Below are positions 1 to 20,757 of a DNA stretch of 64,000 bases, piece by piece. The DNA is from the human T2T-CHM13v2.0 reference genome, Homo sapiens. Location of the stretch: NCBI RefSeq assembly GCF_009914755.1, contig NC_060938.1, one strand, 5' to 3'. The position numbers and the translations under genes are program-made. Each line of letters starts with the position of its first letter. Position 1 is the stretch's first letter. The notes under the pieces are model-generated. The model had not been told where the DNA came from, ran no database searches, and saw nothing but the letters and a program-made list of their open reading frames with translations.

Positions 1-153
1 TGTAATCCCAGCATTTTGGGAGGCCGAGGCAGGCTGATCACCTGAGGTCAGGAGTTCGAGACCAGCCTGGCCAACATGGTGAAACCCCATCTCTACCAAA
101 AACACAAAAATTAGCCAGGCGTGGTGGTGGGTGCCTGTAATCCCAGCTACTCA

Positions 154-387
<234 letters not shown>

Positions 388-536
388 TCACGAGGTCAGG
401 AGTTCGAGACCAGCCTGACCAACATGCTGAAATCCCATCTCTACTAAAAATAAAATAATAATAATAATAATAAACAACAATCACTAACTCTGGGCTCTAG
501 GTTTGATTGCCTTCTCGGCTTTGCTACCTGAGGCTA

Positions 537-1653
537 TGCTATGGTTTGAATGTGTCCCCCAAAAGCATGTGTTGGAAACTGAATCCCCAATGCAACAGTG
601 TTGGGAGTTGAGGGCTAAGAAGAGGTGTTTAGGTTATAAGGGCTTCACCTTCATGAATGGATTCATGTCAACTATAAAAAGGCTTGAGGCTGTGAGTTCA
701 ATTTCTCTCTTGCACATGTGAGTGCTCTTTTTCCTTTCAGCCTTCTGCCATGGGATAATGGGCTAGAAGGCCTTTACATAATGTTGAGCAGATGCTGACA
801 CCATGCTCCCGAACTTCCTAGCCTTCAGAGGCATGAACAAAATAATTTTGTTCCTTTTTTTTTTTTTTTTTGAGATGGAGTCTTGTTCTGTCACCCAGGC
901 TGGAGTGCAATGGCGCAGTCCTGACTCACTGCAACCTCACTTGAACAGGGTTCAAGCAATTCTCCTGCCTTAGCCTCCTGAGTAGCTGGGACTACAGAAG
1001 CACACCACCACGCCCAGCTAATTTTTGTATTTTTAGTAGAGACGGGGTTTCACTATGTTGGCCAGGCTGGTCTCGAACTCCTGACCTCGTGATCTGCCTG
1101 CCTCAGCCGCCCAAAGTGCTGGAATTACAGGTGTGAGCCACTGTGCCCGGCAAAATTTTTTTCTTTCTTTTTTTTGAGGCAGAGTCTCTCTCTCTGTCAC
1201 CTAGGCTGGAGTGCAGTGGCATGATCTCGGTTCACTGCAGTCTCTGCCTCCTGGGTTCAAACTCCTGTATCAGCCTCCCAAGTAGCTGCAACTACAGGCA
1301 CACGGCACCATGGCCGGCCAAATTTTTTGTAATTTTAGTAGAGATGGGGTTTCACCATATTGGTCAGGCTAGTCTCAAACTCCTGACCTCAGGTGATCCA
1401 CCTGCCTCAGCCTCCCAAAGTGCTGGGACTACAGGTGCACACCACCATGCCCGGCTAATTTTTGTATTTTTAGTAGAGACAGGGTTTCACCATGTTGGCC
1501 AGGCTGGTCTCAAACTCCTGATGTCACGATCTGCCCGCCTCAGCCTCCCAAAGTGCTAGGATTACAGGTGTGAGCCACCACGCCCGGTCTAATTTTTTTC
1601 TTTATAAATTACCCCGTTTGTTGTATTATAACAACACAAAATGAACTTAGACA
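537..1653 (+). mobile_element. MST-type MaLR solo LTR interrupted by Alus (about 854-1590)
   Basis: Starts tgctatggtttgaatgtgtcccccaaaagcatgtgttggaaac and ends ataaattacccc...aaaatgaacttagaca, with TG...CA termini. Confidence 0.85.
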
Positions 1654-1659
1654 GGCAGT

Positions 1660-2100
1660 GTTAGAGATAATCCTTGCAAACAACTTTGTGAGATAAGAAC
1701 CACTAATATGTCCATTTTATATATGAGAAAACAGAGGTTTACAGAAGTAAAGTTGATTAGGATTCCAAAATTGGAGCAAGAAGCAATGTAGGGATGGGAA
1801 AGAATGAGCTCCAGGGCTCATCCTCAGGACTTTGTGTAAGAGGCAGTAATATGAATTGGTTAACAGTGCTGACTCAGATGCCAGATTGCCTGAGTTGAAG
1901 TTCTGGCTGTATTACTTACTACCTCTGTGATTTGCGGGGGCAAGTTACAACTTTTTTGGGCCTTAGTTTCCTCATATGAAAAAAATGTGGAAATGACTAT
2001 CCCTTACCCTTTGTTATAAGAATTAAATGATTTAATGTGGGTGAAATATTTAATATAAAGCTCTGGATATAAGAAGTGCTCAATAAATGTTAGCCATCAT
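1660..2100. mobile_element. MIR fragments
   Basis: MIR core motifs ccattttatatatgagaaaacagagg and ggcaagttac...agtttcctcatatgaaa...gtgctcaataaatgttagc. Confidence 0.7.
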
Positions 2101-2143
2101 CATTATCATCATCATTATTGAAACTAAGTTTGCCTGGTAGTAA

Positions 2144-2449
<306 letters not shown>

Positions 2450-2584
2450 TAGGATTACAGGCATGAGCCACCATGTCGGGCCCATTATCACACAATTTTG
2501 TACTTACATAATGCTTTCCAGCATTCAGAGAACTTTCATATTCATTATCTTACGTGATTCCATCACTACAACGCTCTTGGCTAG

Positions 2585-2851
<267 letters not shown>

Positions 2852-2858
2852 TAGCTGA

Positions 2859-3251
<393 letters not shown>

Positions 3252-5139
3252 TAAAGAGACAAGAGTTTCGCCATGCTGCCCAGACTGGTCTCAAACTCCT
3301 GAGCTCAAGCGATCTGCCTGCCTTGGCCTCCCAAAGTTCTGGGGTTACAGGTGTGAGCCACCACGCCAGTACAGAAGTGGCAGTTAAGCAGAGACAGAAA
3401 AAAATGAGTAAAAGTTTGCCAAATGAGTGAAGAGAGAATTTCAAGCAGAGTAAGCATGAATGAGCATGGTGTATCCCGAAAGAACTACCTACTGTTCAGT
3501 ATTGCTTGACATGAAGTGAGGGGTAAATGATGTAAGTTAAGGCTGCTTGGGTAAGAAGGAGTCAAATAATGAAAGAATGTACTATACAGAGATGTTCAGA
3601 ATTTGCCCTATAGGCATAAAATTATCCCCATGAAGAATTTTATGTTGGGGAGAAACATGGTCAGATTTGTCTCACACTGTTGGCAGTGTGTGTGATGGAA
3701 ACTGATCATTCTCTAAAAGGCTAATGTGGTCCAGGCAATACTAATATCTGAATGCAGATCTTCTGAGCCCAAGTTTAGTGAGTTTTCTATTAAGCCACGT
3801 TGACTCTTCTATAAAGCAATAAATAAAAGATTCCACTATTCACTGTATTGATTTGTTAGTAAAATTTAAACTCTTGACTAAGGAAATAAGAAACTATTTC
3901 ATGTAATCACTAAGCAACCCAACCTTGTCTTTTATCCCTTTGGGGGGATATGCCTGTTAAAAGGTATTTTTCTCTTGAATTTCATCTCTTCATTTGAATG
4001 GAAGTGAACTTACAATTCATTAATGCTTCAGATATGTGACAGCATCATTTCCACTGAACAATTTGCTCCAGGGCCTATATACCCTTTATAAATTATGCAA
4101 TTTTTGTTCTAAGTTTAATTTCTATTGATACAGTGTAATCCCATTTTCTCCAGTTAATTTCCTAAGATTATGTATCAAGTGCAAAGATGTAAAGACAGCA
4201 GCCTTTAGCAGGAGAGCTTGATAACTACTCTTGGTGTGTTGAATCCCCTCTTTACTTCACACTCCAGTCCCCATCAGAGGGCTTCAGTGAGCCTCGTGTG
4301 CAGCAAGCTAGACAGCAGGGAATCTTCCAGTTAGGGTGTGACGAGGCTTTTGCTTCCAATGCTCCTCGCCCCACCCACCCAAACCCCAGAGTCCATGCTG
4401 TGTGGCAGAAGAGAAGGGGAAGCAGGTCCTGCACTATTAGCACTCCCTTGGGGTTTTTTTTTCCTAGAACACAATCCCGTTAATCTGAAAGGACCTTATC
4501 ATTAGCATTCCATGGGTTTCCCAACTCCTCAAATCTTCATGGCTGGTATGATCCTATGTGATCATCAGAGCTTTACTCTGAATTCATCCTAGGGATGGTA
4601 TCATCATTCTGGCAAAATTCATGTCATCAAATGTCTCTTTGCCATCTGTGTTCCACTTCCTGCTTGCTGGAAAAAGAGGTACTTTTCTCTCACTCCTGGA
4701 GCTAAGTTCAATTTTTTACACTATTTCTAGCAACATGGTCTTCTTATTTATGCACTCACTGGTTCATGTATCCATTCTTTTTGAGTGCTTATTCTATGCC
4801 AACTACTGTGCTAGTTACTTGGGGCACAGTTTGAACAACACAGGTCCTTCCATCAGGAATCTTCTGCTCTAGTGACCCTGATACTGGGGGAGGGCGTTGA
4901 TAAAAGTAAAGAACAGCTTGTTGACTGAGACTGGGAGGAAATGAAAGCGTCTACAGTTGCCAGCAGTGTAATTGATGCATCTTAAGTAAGAAGTTTAAAC
5001 ATATTTTAATGGTTATATATGAGCATGATTGCTATTTTCAATTTAATTAGAGGGAAGGCAATATGCCACTTCTTCACATATTGCACTACAGTCCGTGAGA
5101 ATGGGGCTATTTGTTTAAAAGTTAACATGATTCTTCAAA

Positions 5140-5700
5140 AAACTAAAAATAGAATTACCATATGATCCAGCAATTCCACTTTTGAGTATATATCCAAAAG
5201 AACTGAAAGCAGGATCTTGACGAGATATTTGTACACTCATGTTCACTGTAGTATTACTCCCAACTGGCAAGAGGTAGAAGGAGCCCAAATGTCTGTGAAC
5301 ACATGAAAAGTTAAAGAGAATGTGGCATATACGTACAATGGAATATTATTCAGCCTTAGAAACAGAAGGACATCCTGCCACATGCTACAACGTGGAGGAA
5401 CCTTGCAAATATTATGCTGAATGAATAAGCCAGTTATAAAAGGACAGATTCTGTAGGATTCCACTTATGTGAAATATCTAGAGTCGAAATCATGGACAGA
5501 GAAAGTAAAGTGATGGTTCCCTGGCACTGGCAGGAAGGGGAAATAAGGAGTTGTTTGATGGGTACAGAGTTTCAGTTTTGCAGGATGAAAAATTCCAGAG
5601 ATCTGTTACACAACAATGTGAATACAGTTAACATTACCTGGTTCTACATTTTAAAAATGGTGAAGTGAGTTAATTTTATATTGCATGTGTTTGCCACAAT
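5140..5700 (+). mobile_element. L1MB-type 3' end
   Basis: aaaatagaattaccatatgatccagcaattccact...gggtacagagtttcagttttgcaggatgaaaaa, typical L1M 3'UTR. Confidence 0.85.
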
Positions 5701-6397
5701 TTTTTTTCTTTCTCTTTTTCTTTTTTTTTTTTTTTTGAGACAGAGTCTCACTCTGTTGCCCAGGCCTGAGTGCAGTGGCGTGATCTTGGCTCACTGCAAC
5801 CTCCGACTCTTGGGTTCAAGCCATTCTCCTGCCGCAGCCTCCCAAGTAGCCAGGATTACAGGCACATGCCACCACACCCGGGGCTAATTTTTGTATTTTT
5901 AGTAGATAAATGTTTCATCATGTTGATCAGGCTGGTCTTGAACTCCTGGCCTCAAGCGATCTGCCTGCCTCAGCCTCCCAAAGTGCTGGGATTACAGGCG
6001 TGAGCCACCGTGCCCAGCCCACAATTAAAAATAAATTTTAAAAAAATACTTTAACTCCAGTACAATGGCTAGAGCCTGTTATCCCAGCTATTCAGGAAGA
6101 TTACTTGAAGCCTGGAGTTCATGATCAGCCTGGGCAATATAGCAAGACCTTGTCACATACACACACAAAAATGAAAGTTAACATGCTCAGGAGACTGAGG
6201 CAGGTGGATTGCTTGAGCCCAAGAGTTCAAAGCCAGCTTGGGCAACATAACAAGACCCTGTCTCTTAAGAAAAGTCAGGCCGTGCGCAGTGGCTCATGCC
6301 TGTAATCCCAGCACTTTGGGAGGCTGAGGCAGACGGATCACCTGAGATCGGAGTTCGAGACCAGCCTGACCAACATGGAGAAACCCCATCTCTACTA

Positions 6398-6556
<159 letters not shown>

Positions 6557-7164
6557 TCAAAAAAAAAAAGAAAGAAAGAAAGAAAGAAAAGTCAACATAG
6601 TTAATACGGAAGCAGCTGTGGGTATGGTAGAAAGGGTGGTGAAATGGAGTCAATTATAAGGTCAAGGTTGCAGACCTGGCACTGCTAATTCCTAGCTGTG
6701 TGACCTCGGGCTTACATTTAACCTCTAAGCCTCCGTGTCCTTACTGGTAAAATGAAGATCATGCCTCCTACTGCAAAGAGTTTTGCAAGGGTTAAATGCA
6801 ATGATGTGTGTGCAGGATTGCCAACACTAAAGCATGATTCAAAAGGAAGGCATGGTGATAACGATGGATTTCTCTATAACTTGGCTTCCCCACTGTCATG
6901 TCTGGCCATATCTTGGCATGGTGGGGCATTGGGGCATCAGCTCCAGCTTCTTCACTTTTCCATCTGTCCTACTTTCTCAACATCAGGGCGTCAGGTTAGT
7001 TTATCAAGTTTAACTGCTGGCCGGGCATGGTGGCTCAAGCCTGTAATCCCAGCAGGCTTGGGAGGCCGAGGCAGGCGAATCACGAGGTCAGGAGTTCAAG
7101 ACCAGCCTGGCCAATATTGTGAAACCCCATCTCTACTAGAAATACAAAAAATTAGCTGGGCTTA

Positions 7165-7320
<156 letters not shown>

Positions 7321-8295
7321 TTAACTGCTAACATTTGACTTTGTTTCTCCTTTGGCCCCTCTCTCCAATATTATACTATTTAATTTAGAGGGACAGTTTC
7401 TTCTAGTGTACAGCAAATACAAATATACAAACTATTCTTGCTGTTCAATCTGCTAATTAATTTCAAATCTGAAAGAATAGATTTTGTAAGATTCAGTCAC
7501 CCTACAAGTAATCATTAGTGTCAAGCATTGGCTAACAAATACAGTAATAAACAGTGGACAAGATCATTGCCCTCAAGGACCCAATCATTTTAGCAAGTGA
7601 GACAGGTATTAAACAAGTAAGCAAAAGTATAGACTGTGATCATTGCTAGGAAGGAAATAATCAGAGTGGTGTAATGGAGAATGACTTCAAAGGCAGGGGC
7701 TCCTTAGATAATAATGCAATATCAGACAGGGTGTGGTGGCTCACACACCTGTAATCCTACCATTGTGGAAGCTGAGGCTGGAGGATCACTTGAGACTAGG
7801 AGTTTGAGACCAGCCTGAACAATACAGAGAGACCCTGTCTCTACACAAAAACTAAAAATAAAAAAGAGTAGCCAGCATGATGGTATGCTCCTGTAGTCCT
7901 AGCTGCTCAGGAGGCTGAGGCAGGAGGATCACTTGAGCCTAGGAATTTAAGGCTACAGTGAACTGGGATCATGCCACTGTACTCTAGCCTGGGCGACAGA
8001 TCAAGACTGTCTCAACAACAAAAAAACCAATATAAAAAATGTAGCTTATTTGCTAATATTGTTTAGCCTCTCAAAGAAAAATGAGGGTGGGAATGGTTAC
8101 AATGTATCATCTTCCATGAATATATCTAAGTCTTTTAAATTCTACCTCGGGTTTGTATACTTGCTGTTTCCTCTGCCAAGAATGTGCTGCCTTCAACTTT
8201 TTAACTCCTTATCTTTCAGGTCTCAGTTCAAATATTGTCTCCTAAAAGCAAAGCTTCCCAAAAAGCTAGGAAGGTTTATACATACCATGCTTCTG

Positions 8296-9130
<835 letters not shown>

Positions 9131-9441
9131 TGATCCACCTGCCTCGGCCTCCCAAAGTGCTGGGATTACAGACGTGAGCCACCATGCCCCACCTTTTCTG
9201 AATATTTTTAATTGAGCTGTCTTAGTCTTCTGCTGCATCTGATGTTAAATTCATCCATTGAGTTAACTTAGTGACAGAATGTCCGTTTGAATTTTTATAG
9301 ATATGTTAATGTTACTGTTGAAATTATCCACCTTTTCATCTTTTTAAATGTTTCATATGTTAATCAGTAATTATTTTTAAATTTTTTTTCATTCAGGAAG
9401 TTCCTAAATTATTATTTTAAGCCTTTTTCTGCAAATGCTAA

Positions 9442-9828
<387 letters not shown>

Positions 9829-10408
9829 TAGTATTGAATGTCAGACATTTGTGTGTATGTGTGCACACACACGTGGCCCAGATGATATTATTTTTCCCCA
9901 AAGATGATTCCTCCTTTCATGATTTTTCTTTAATTAATTTCATATTTTTTAGAGATGAGATATTGCTATGTTGCTCAGGCTGAAGTGCAGTGGTTATTAC
10001 AGGTGCAATCACATCACACTACAACCTTGAACTCCAGGCCTCAAGCGATCCTCCGATCTCAGCCTCCTGAGTAGCTGGGACTATAGGCTTGCACCACATG
10101 CCCAGCCCCTTCATGAATAATTTTAATACAATCAATTAAAGGCTTACATAAACATTGTAATTCCTAGAATATCAAATATCAGACCTACAGCACTGGAGTA
10201 GGTAGTTGTTAAGTTCTTAAGACCTTCTCTTGAATTTGTGGTAAATCTCACAGACTTCTACGAAATCATAATCTGTAGCAGCATAAAAAATAGTTCTCTA
10301 GAAGCTCAACTAGAAGCTGTCTTAAAATTCATATATGCCCAGTTATCTGCCTTTACTTGTCTTTATATAATAATGGCCTCATTTATTATTTATTTATTTA
10401 TTTTTTGA

Positions 10409-10576
<168 letters not shown>

Positions 10577-11020
10577 TAGAGACGAGGTTTCTCCCATGTT
10601 GGTCAGGCTGATCCCGAACTCCCGACCTCAGGTGATCCGTCCGCCTAGGCCTCCCTAAGTGCTAGTATTACAGGCGTGAGCCACTGCACCTGGCCTATAA
10701 TAGCCTCATTTCTTTTTGACCTTTCAATACTCACATGAATGCCTCTTATTAGTAGATGTGTCAGACTAAACTGGATAGGAAAGAGGTTCTGAGAAACGCA
10801 GTTCCTAGATTCTCTGCAATGCAGAGAAACCCTTAAAATGGGGGTGTTTGTGATGCCAAGTTGACAATAAACAATTCAACTTAAAAAAGGCATTTGATCC
10901 AATGTCAGATTTGGGGCTACAAACTTTTCTTCAGCATTTTCATCACAGAAAACAGTTCAAATAAAATTTAGCAGTAAAACACAAAGCAAACAAAACAACT
11001 ACAACCTGACGATCTGTTAG

Positions 11021-11312
<292 letters not shown>

Positions 11313-11765
11313 TAGTCTCGAACTCCTGACTTTGTGATTTGCCTGGCTTGGCCTTCCAAAGTGCTGGGATTACAGGCGTGAACCACCGCACCTGGCCTCA
11401 ATTATTTTTAGTGCAATTTTCTCTTGAAATACTTAGGAGCGGAGCTTGAGTCATGCCTGTAATCCTAGTACTTTGGAAGGCCTAGGTGGGTGGATTGCTT
11501 GAGATCAGGAGTTCGAGACTAGCCTTGCAACATGTTGAAACCGTCTCTACAAAAAATACAAAAATTATCTGGGCATGGTGATGCATGCCTGTAAATGGTG
11601 TCACTGCACTCCAGCCTGAATGACAGAGTAAAACACTGTCTTAAAAGGAGGAAGGAAGGAAGGAAAGAAGGGAGGAAGGAAGAAAGGAAGGAAGGAAAAT
11701 ACTTGGCTTTGGTTTTCTTTGTAATCCAGCTGGTAAGAGGCAGTTGAAAGCAAATATGTATGTAA

Positions 11766-11966
<201 letters not shown>

Positions 11967-12626
11967 TAGTAGAGATGGGGTTTCACCGTGTTAGCCAGGA
12001 TGGTCTCAGTCTCCTGAGCTCGTGATCCGCCCGCCTCAGCCTCCCAAAGTGCTGGGATTACAGGCATGAGCCACCGTGCCCAGACTATTTATTTCATTTC
12101 TTATTTCTCTATGTTTTCATGTGGACCAGTCTGCTAGTACAATAATAGTGAAATAACAGTGGACCAACTAACATTTACACTATTGCTTTCAATAACTTAT
12201 TGGGGAAGTCACCTAATAAAGTTGGATGAATATGTTACTCCTTTAGAGCAATGGCTGAACTTCCAGATATTGTTTTTTTTTTTTTTTTTGGTTTTGTTTT
12301 GAGACAATGTCTCTCCCTGTCACCCAGGCTGGAGCGCAGTGTGTGATCACGGTGCTCTGCAGCCTCAACCTCCCAGGTCAAGTGATCCAACCACCTCGGT
12401 CTCTTGAGTAGCTGGAACCACAGATGTACACCACTACACCTGGCTAGTTTTTTTGTTTTTTGTAGAGATGGGGTCTCACTATATTTCCCAGGCTAGTCGT
12501 CTCAAACTCCTGAGCTCAAGCAATCGGTCGGCATTGGCCTTCCAAACTGCTGGAATTACATGTGTGATCCACTGCGCCCAGCCCTGAACTTCAAGTTTTT
12601 TAAAGGAAGGTAGGGTTTTCCAGTGA

Positions 12627-13173
<547 letters not shown>

Positions 13174-13367
13174 TGATATGCCTGCCTCCACCTCCCAAAG
13201 TGCTGGGATTACAGGCGTGAGCCACTGTGCCTGGCCGTGATCAGATCTTTAAAGAGAAAACAAATTAATAGTATAAACTCATAAAAGTAGTATCAGAGAA
13301 GAAAAAAGAGGCAGATTTTAAGTAAATAAAAATAGCAACAAATACAAAAACAACAAATAATACCTAG

Positions 13368-13811
<444 letters not shown>

Positions 13812-14481
13812 TAGACCTTGTTTTCAGCTTCTTTCTGAATTTTCTCACTTAGAGAGCAAGGGAGCAGTGATGCACAGATGTGTATACAGAAATACAGGCT
13901 CGCTAATTAGGCAAGGACATGAGTTGTTGGGGCCACTTGAGACCAGTTGGGGAAAGAGTTTGAGGCTCAGTGGTAATTGTGGTGGTAGTTGGACTAAAGC
14001 AGTGTTGAAAGTGAGTTCACAAGAGGTACAAGATTTTCTCCTGGTTGGGCACATTGGCTCACACCTGTAAACCAACACTTTGGGAGGCTGAAGCAGGAGG
14101 ATCACTTGAGCCCAGGAGTTCGAGGCTGCAGTGAGCTAATTGTGCCACTGTACTCCAGCCTGGGCAACAGAATGAGACTCTGTCTAAAAAAAGAAAAAAC
14201 AACGAGAATCATAGGCAAAGAAACAGACCCTCTTCCACTGGATGTTGTTGAATGTGGACATGATCACTGGCACTATTACAGTCATCTTATGAACTTGAAG
14301 GTAACTAGCTGACAAGCTGAAGATTTGCAGAACAAAAAAATGGAGAGCTGGGTGGGGTGGCAGTCATCTGTAGTCCCAGCTACTTGGAAAGCTGAAGTGG
14401 GAAGATCCCCCAGGCCCAGGAGTTGAAGACCAGCCTGGGCAACACAGTGAGACCCCAACTCCCCAAAAAGAAAAAAGGTAA

Positions 14482-15325
<844 letters not shown>

Positions 15326-15768
15326 TGAACTCCCAACCTCAAATGATCCGCCCAACTCCCTCCGTTTTATTTCTATACCCGCTCCCATTCCCTTCTCCCC
15401 CATGCCAGGTAACCATTCTATGGTGTTAATATATAAAATTGTTATGAGTTCTTGCATAAAGTGAACTGTTAGTTGTAATATTTTAATTAATATAAATGAT
15501 TTTCCCCACACATGCATTCTTACTGCTTTCACTGGGTACTATTTTTTATGATTGAGCCATATGGCTAAGTGTACATCTTGTCTGTGGTTTTTAACTATTG
15601 TTACTTCATTGTCTACATCCACCACATTTTTACCTCTCTCCAGGTGTAGATATCCAGGTTGTCTCCGACCCCATGATGTCAAAAATAATTCCCAATAATG
15701 GACCTTTATGAAAATCTCTTTAGGATATTACACCAAGCAGTGCAATTGCTAGGTCAGAGAGTACATGA

Positions 15769-15999
<231 letters not shown>

Positions 16000-17042
16000 T
16001 AGAGACAGTGTTTCACCATATTGGCCAGGCTGGTCTCGAACTCCTGACCTTGTGATCATCCCGCCTCGGCTTCCCAAAGTGCTGGGATTACAGGCATGAG
16101 CCACTGTGCCCGGCCCTTCCATACAAATTTTAAAGTAAGCTTGAGTTCATCAAAAAATCCAACTGGAATTTTTATTGGGATTAATGTAATCTGCTTTTTC
16201 ACATTAAATTTAGAATGTTCACTTTTATAATATTGTCATCTCATTGGAAGCACAGAATGTTTCTTAGGTTATTTTCTATGTCTTCATTAGAGTTTTTAAA
16301 GCTTTCTTCAAATAGACCTTGTGTAACCTTGGTTAATTCCTTGATATTTTACATTTTTATACCTATTGTGAAATGATATGCTTTGGATTTTCATTGGCTG
16401 ATCTTATTTATAACTGGCGACCTTGCTGAATCTCTTAGGAGTTAGAATAGTTTGTTGATTGTTGAATTTTTTAGGTAGATATCATTTGCAAAGGAGAGGT
16501 TTTCTCTTCTCTTCCAATCCTTACATGCTGTAATCGTTTATCTTTCCTTATAGTATTAATTAGGATCCATACTACTATAAGCCTCCCCAGTGAGTCGTGG
16601 TCTCAAAAGGAAGGCATTTAATCTAACATTTCTCCACTAAATATAATGTTTACTGTAGGTTTTGGTGTTTGTTTTGAGACACAGTCTCACTCTGTCACCC
16701 AGGCTGGAGTGCAGTGGTGAGATCATGGCTCACTGTAGCCTCCCACCTGAGCCTCCCAAGTAACTGGGACTACAGGAACATGCCACCACACCTGGCTAAC
16801 TTTTTGTATATCTATTTTTAATTTTTGTAGTGATGGGATTTTGCCACGTTGCCTAGGCTGGTCTCAAATTCCTGGGCTGAAGCACTCTGCCTGCCTCGGC
16901 CTTCTAAAGGGCTGGGATTACAGGTGTGAGCCAGCACACCCGGTCCCTACTGTAGGTTTTTATTATATAAACTTTCACCAAGTTTAAGTACTGTATTGCT
17001 AACTTAGCCAGGCATGGTGGTGCACACCTGTAGTCCCAGCTA

Positions 17043-19240
<2,198 letters not shown>

Positions 19241-19254
19241 CGTTAGTATTCTAT

Positions 19255-19284
19255 GGGTTGGTGCAATTACTTTTGCACCAACCT
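19255..19284. mobile_element. Internally collapsed MADE1 (Hsmar1 MITE) palindrome
   Basis: ggttggtgcaa-ttactt-ttgcaccaacc: both mariner TIR ends with the centre missing. Confidence 0.7.
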
Positions 19285-20381
19285 TTTTAAGGGTCTCTTT
19301 TAATTGGTGGGTTAAATCCACTTATACTATTTACAATGTTCTCCACATGGTCAAATGCATTGGGTAACCTATACGTTCAATTTTCTCCCTGGACATCTCC
19401 CTCCTGATATCCTCTGTCCTGCTCCAGTCTGGACTGAATATAGTGCTGCAAAGCTGTTATCTTGCCACAATGCTAGGTTGGTTCCCTGATTTTTGCTATC
19501 TCTGCTCTTCCTTGATTTACTTCCTTAATTTCTGTGGAGTGTATCCTTCAGCAGCCTTTGAAAAAAACGGCATGAAGAGTGAAGTTTGAGATTTTGTATG
19601 CCTGCAATGTTTTGTTTTGAGATAGAGTCTCACTCTTGTTGTCTAGGCTGGAGTGCAATGGTGCACAATTTTGGCTCACTGCAACCTCTGCCTCCCAGGC
19701 TCAAGCAATTCTCCTGCCTCAGCCTCCCAAGTAGCTGAGATTACAGGCGTGTGCCACCATGCCTAGCTCATTTTTGTATTTTTGGTAGAGACAGGGTTTC
19801 ACCATGTTGGCCAGGCTGGTCTTGAACTCCTGACCTCAGGTAATCCGCCTGCCTCGGCCTCCCAAAGTGCTGGGATTACAGGCGTGAGCCACCACACCCA
19901 GCCAACCTGCAATGTTTTTAACTTCACACGTGAAGACAGCCTGACTGGTCATAGAATTACTATTTCCTGGGTTTAGTCAATGAGAGTTTGGTTACAAATG
20001 GATACTTTGTTAGCTGTATCAATTTGGTTCCTGAGGTTCAGAGAACAACTAGGAAATATTCATTTGACAAGGGATATCTCAAAAAATTTATCATCTATTT
20101 GCTGCATGAGTTTGGAGAGCTGTAAATTCAAATAGGTAGGAATCTGTCCTCAGAACTCTGAAGGCATTGATCCACCATCTTTTGTCATCCAGATTTGCTA
20201 ATGAGTCTAACACAACTGTAAATCTGTTCCTAAGTGATTTTTTTTTTCCGGACACTTGCAGGATTTTCTATTTACTCTGAAACTTCACAGTGCTATGCCT
20301 TGATGTGGATCTTTTTCATTCATTACACTTGACACTCTGCTGTGCCTTTCAATCTAAAGATTGAAGTTCTGGAATAGCCAC

Positions 20382-20757
20382 TATATTAGTCCATTTTCAC
20401 ACTCTATAAATAACTGCCCAAGACTGGGTAATTTATAAAGGAAAGTGTTTAATTGACTGAAGAGTTCAGCATGGCCAGGGAGGCCTCAAGAAACTTACAA
20501 TCATGGGGGAACGCAAAGGGGAAGCAAAGCACCTTCTTCACAAGGCTTCAGGAGAAAGAGTGAGGAGTTAAAGGGGCAGAGCCCTTTATAAAACCATCAG
20601 ATCTTGTGAGAACTCACCCACTATCAGGAGAACATCGTAGGGGAAACCACCCCCATGATCCAATCACCTCCCACCAGGTCTCTCCCTAGACACATGGGGA
20701 TTATGGGGATTACAATTCGAGATGAAATTTGGGTGAGGACACAGACAAACCATACCA
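20382..20757 (-). mobile_element. THE1-type (ERVL-MaLR) solo LTR, same orientation as WDR89
   Basis: Typical THE1 text (tattagtccattttcacac...ccatgatccaatcacctcccaccagg...acacagacaaaccatacca), flanked by a 5-bp TSD gccac/gccat. LTR poly(A) signal ATTAAA at 20448-20453 (minus). Confidence 0.9.

Noticed and set aside
4200-4480. Possible enhancer (CACCC boxes, slightly GC-rich unique sequence)
   Set aside because: Short motifs alone are not sufficient evidence without chromatin data.
19255-19284. miR-548-like miRNA hairpin
   Set aside because: The 11-bp stem is far too short for Drosha/Dicer processing.
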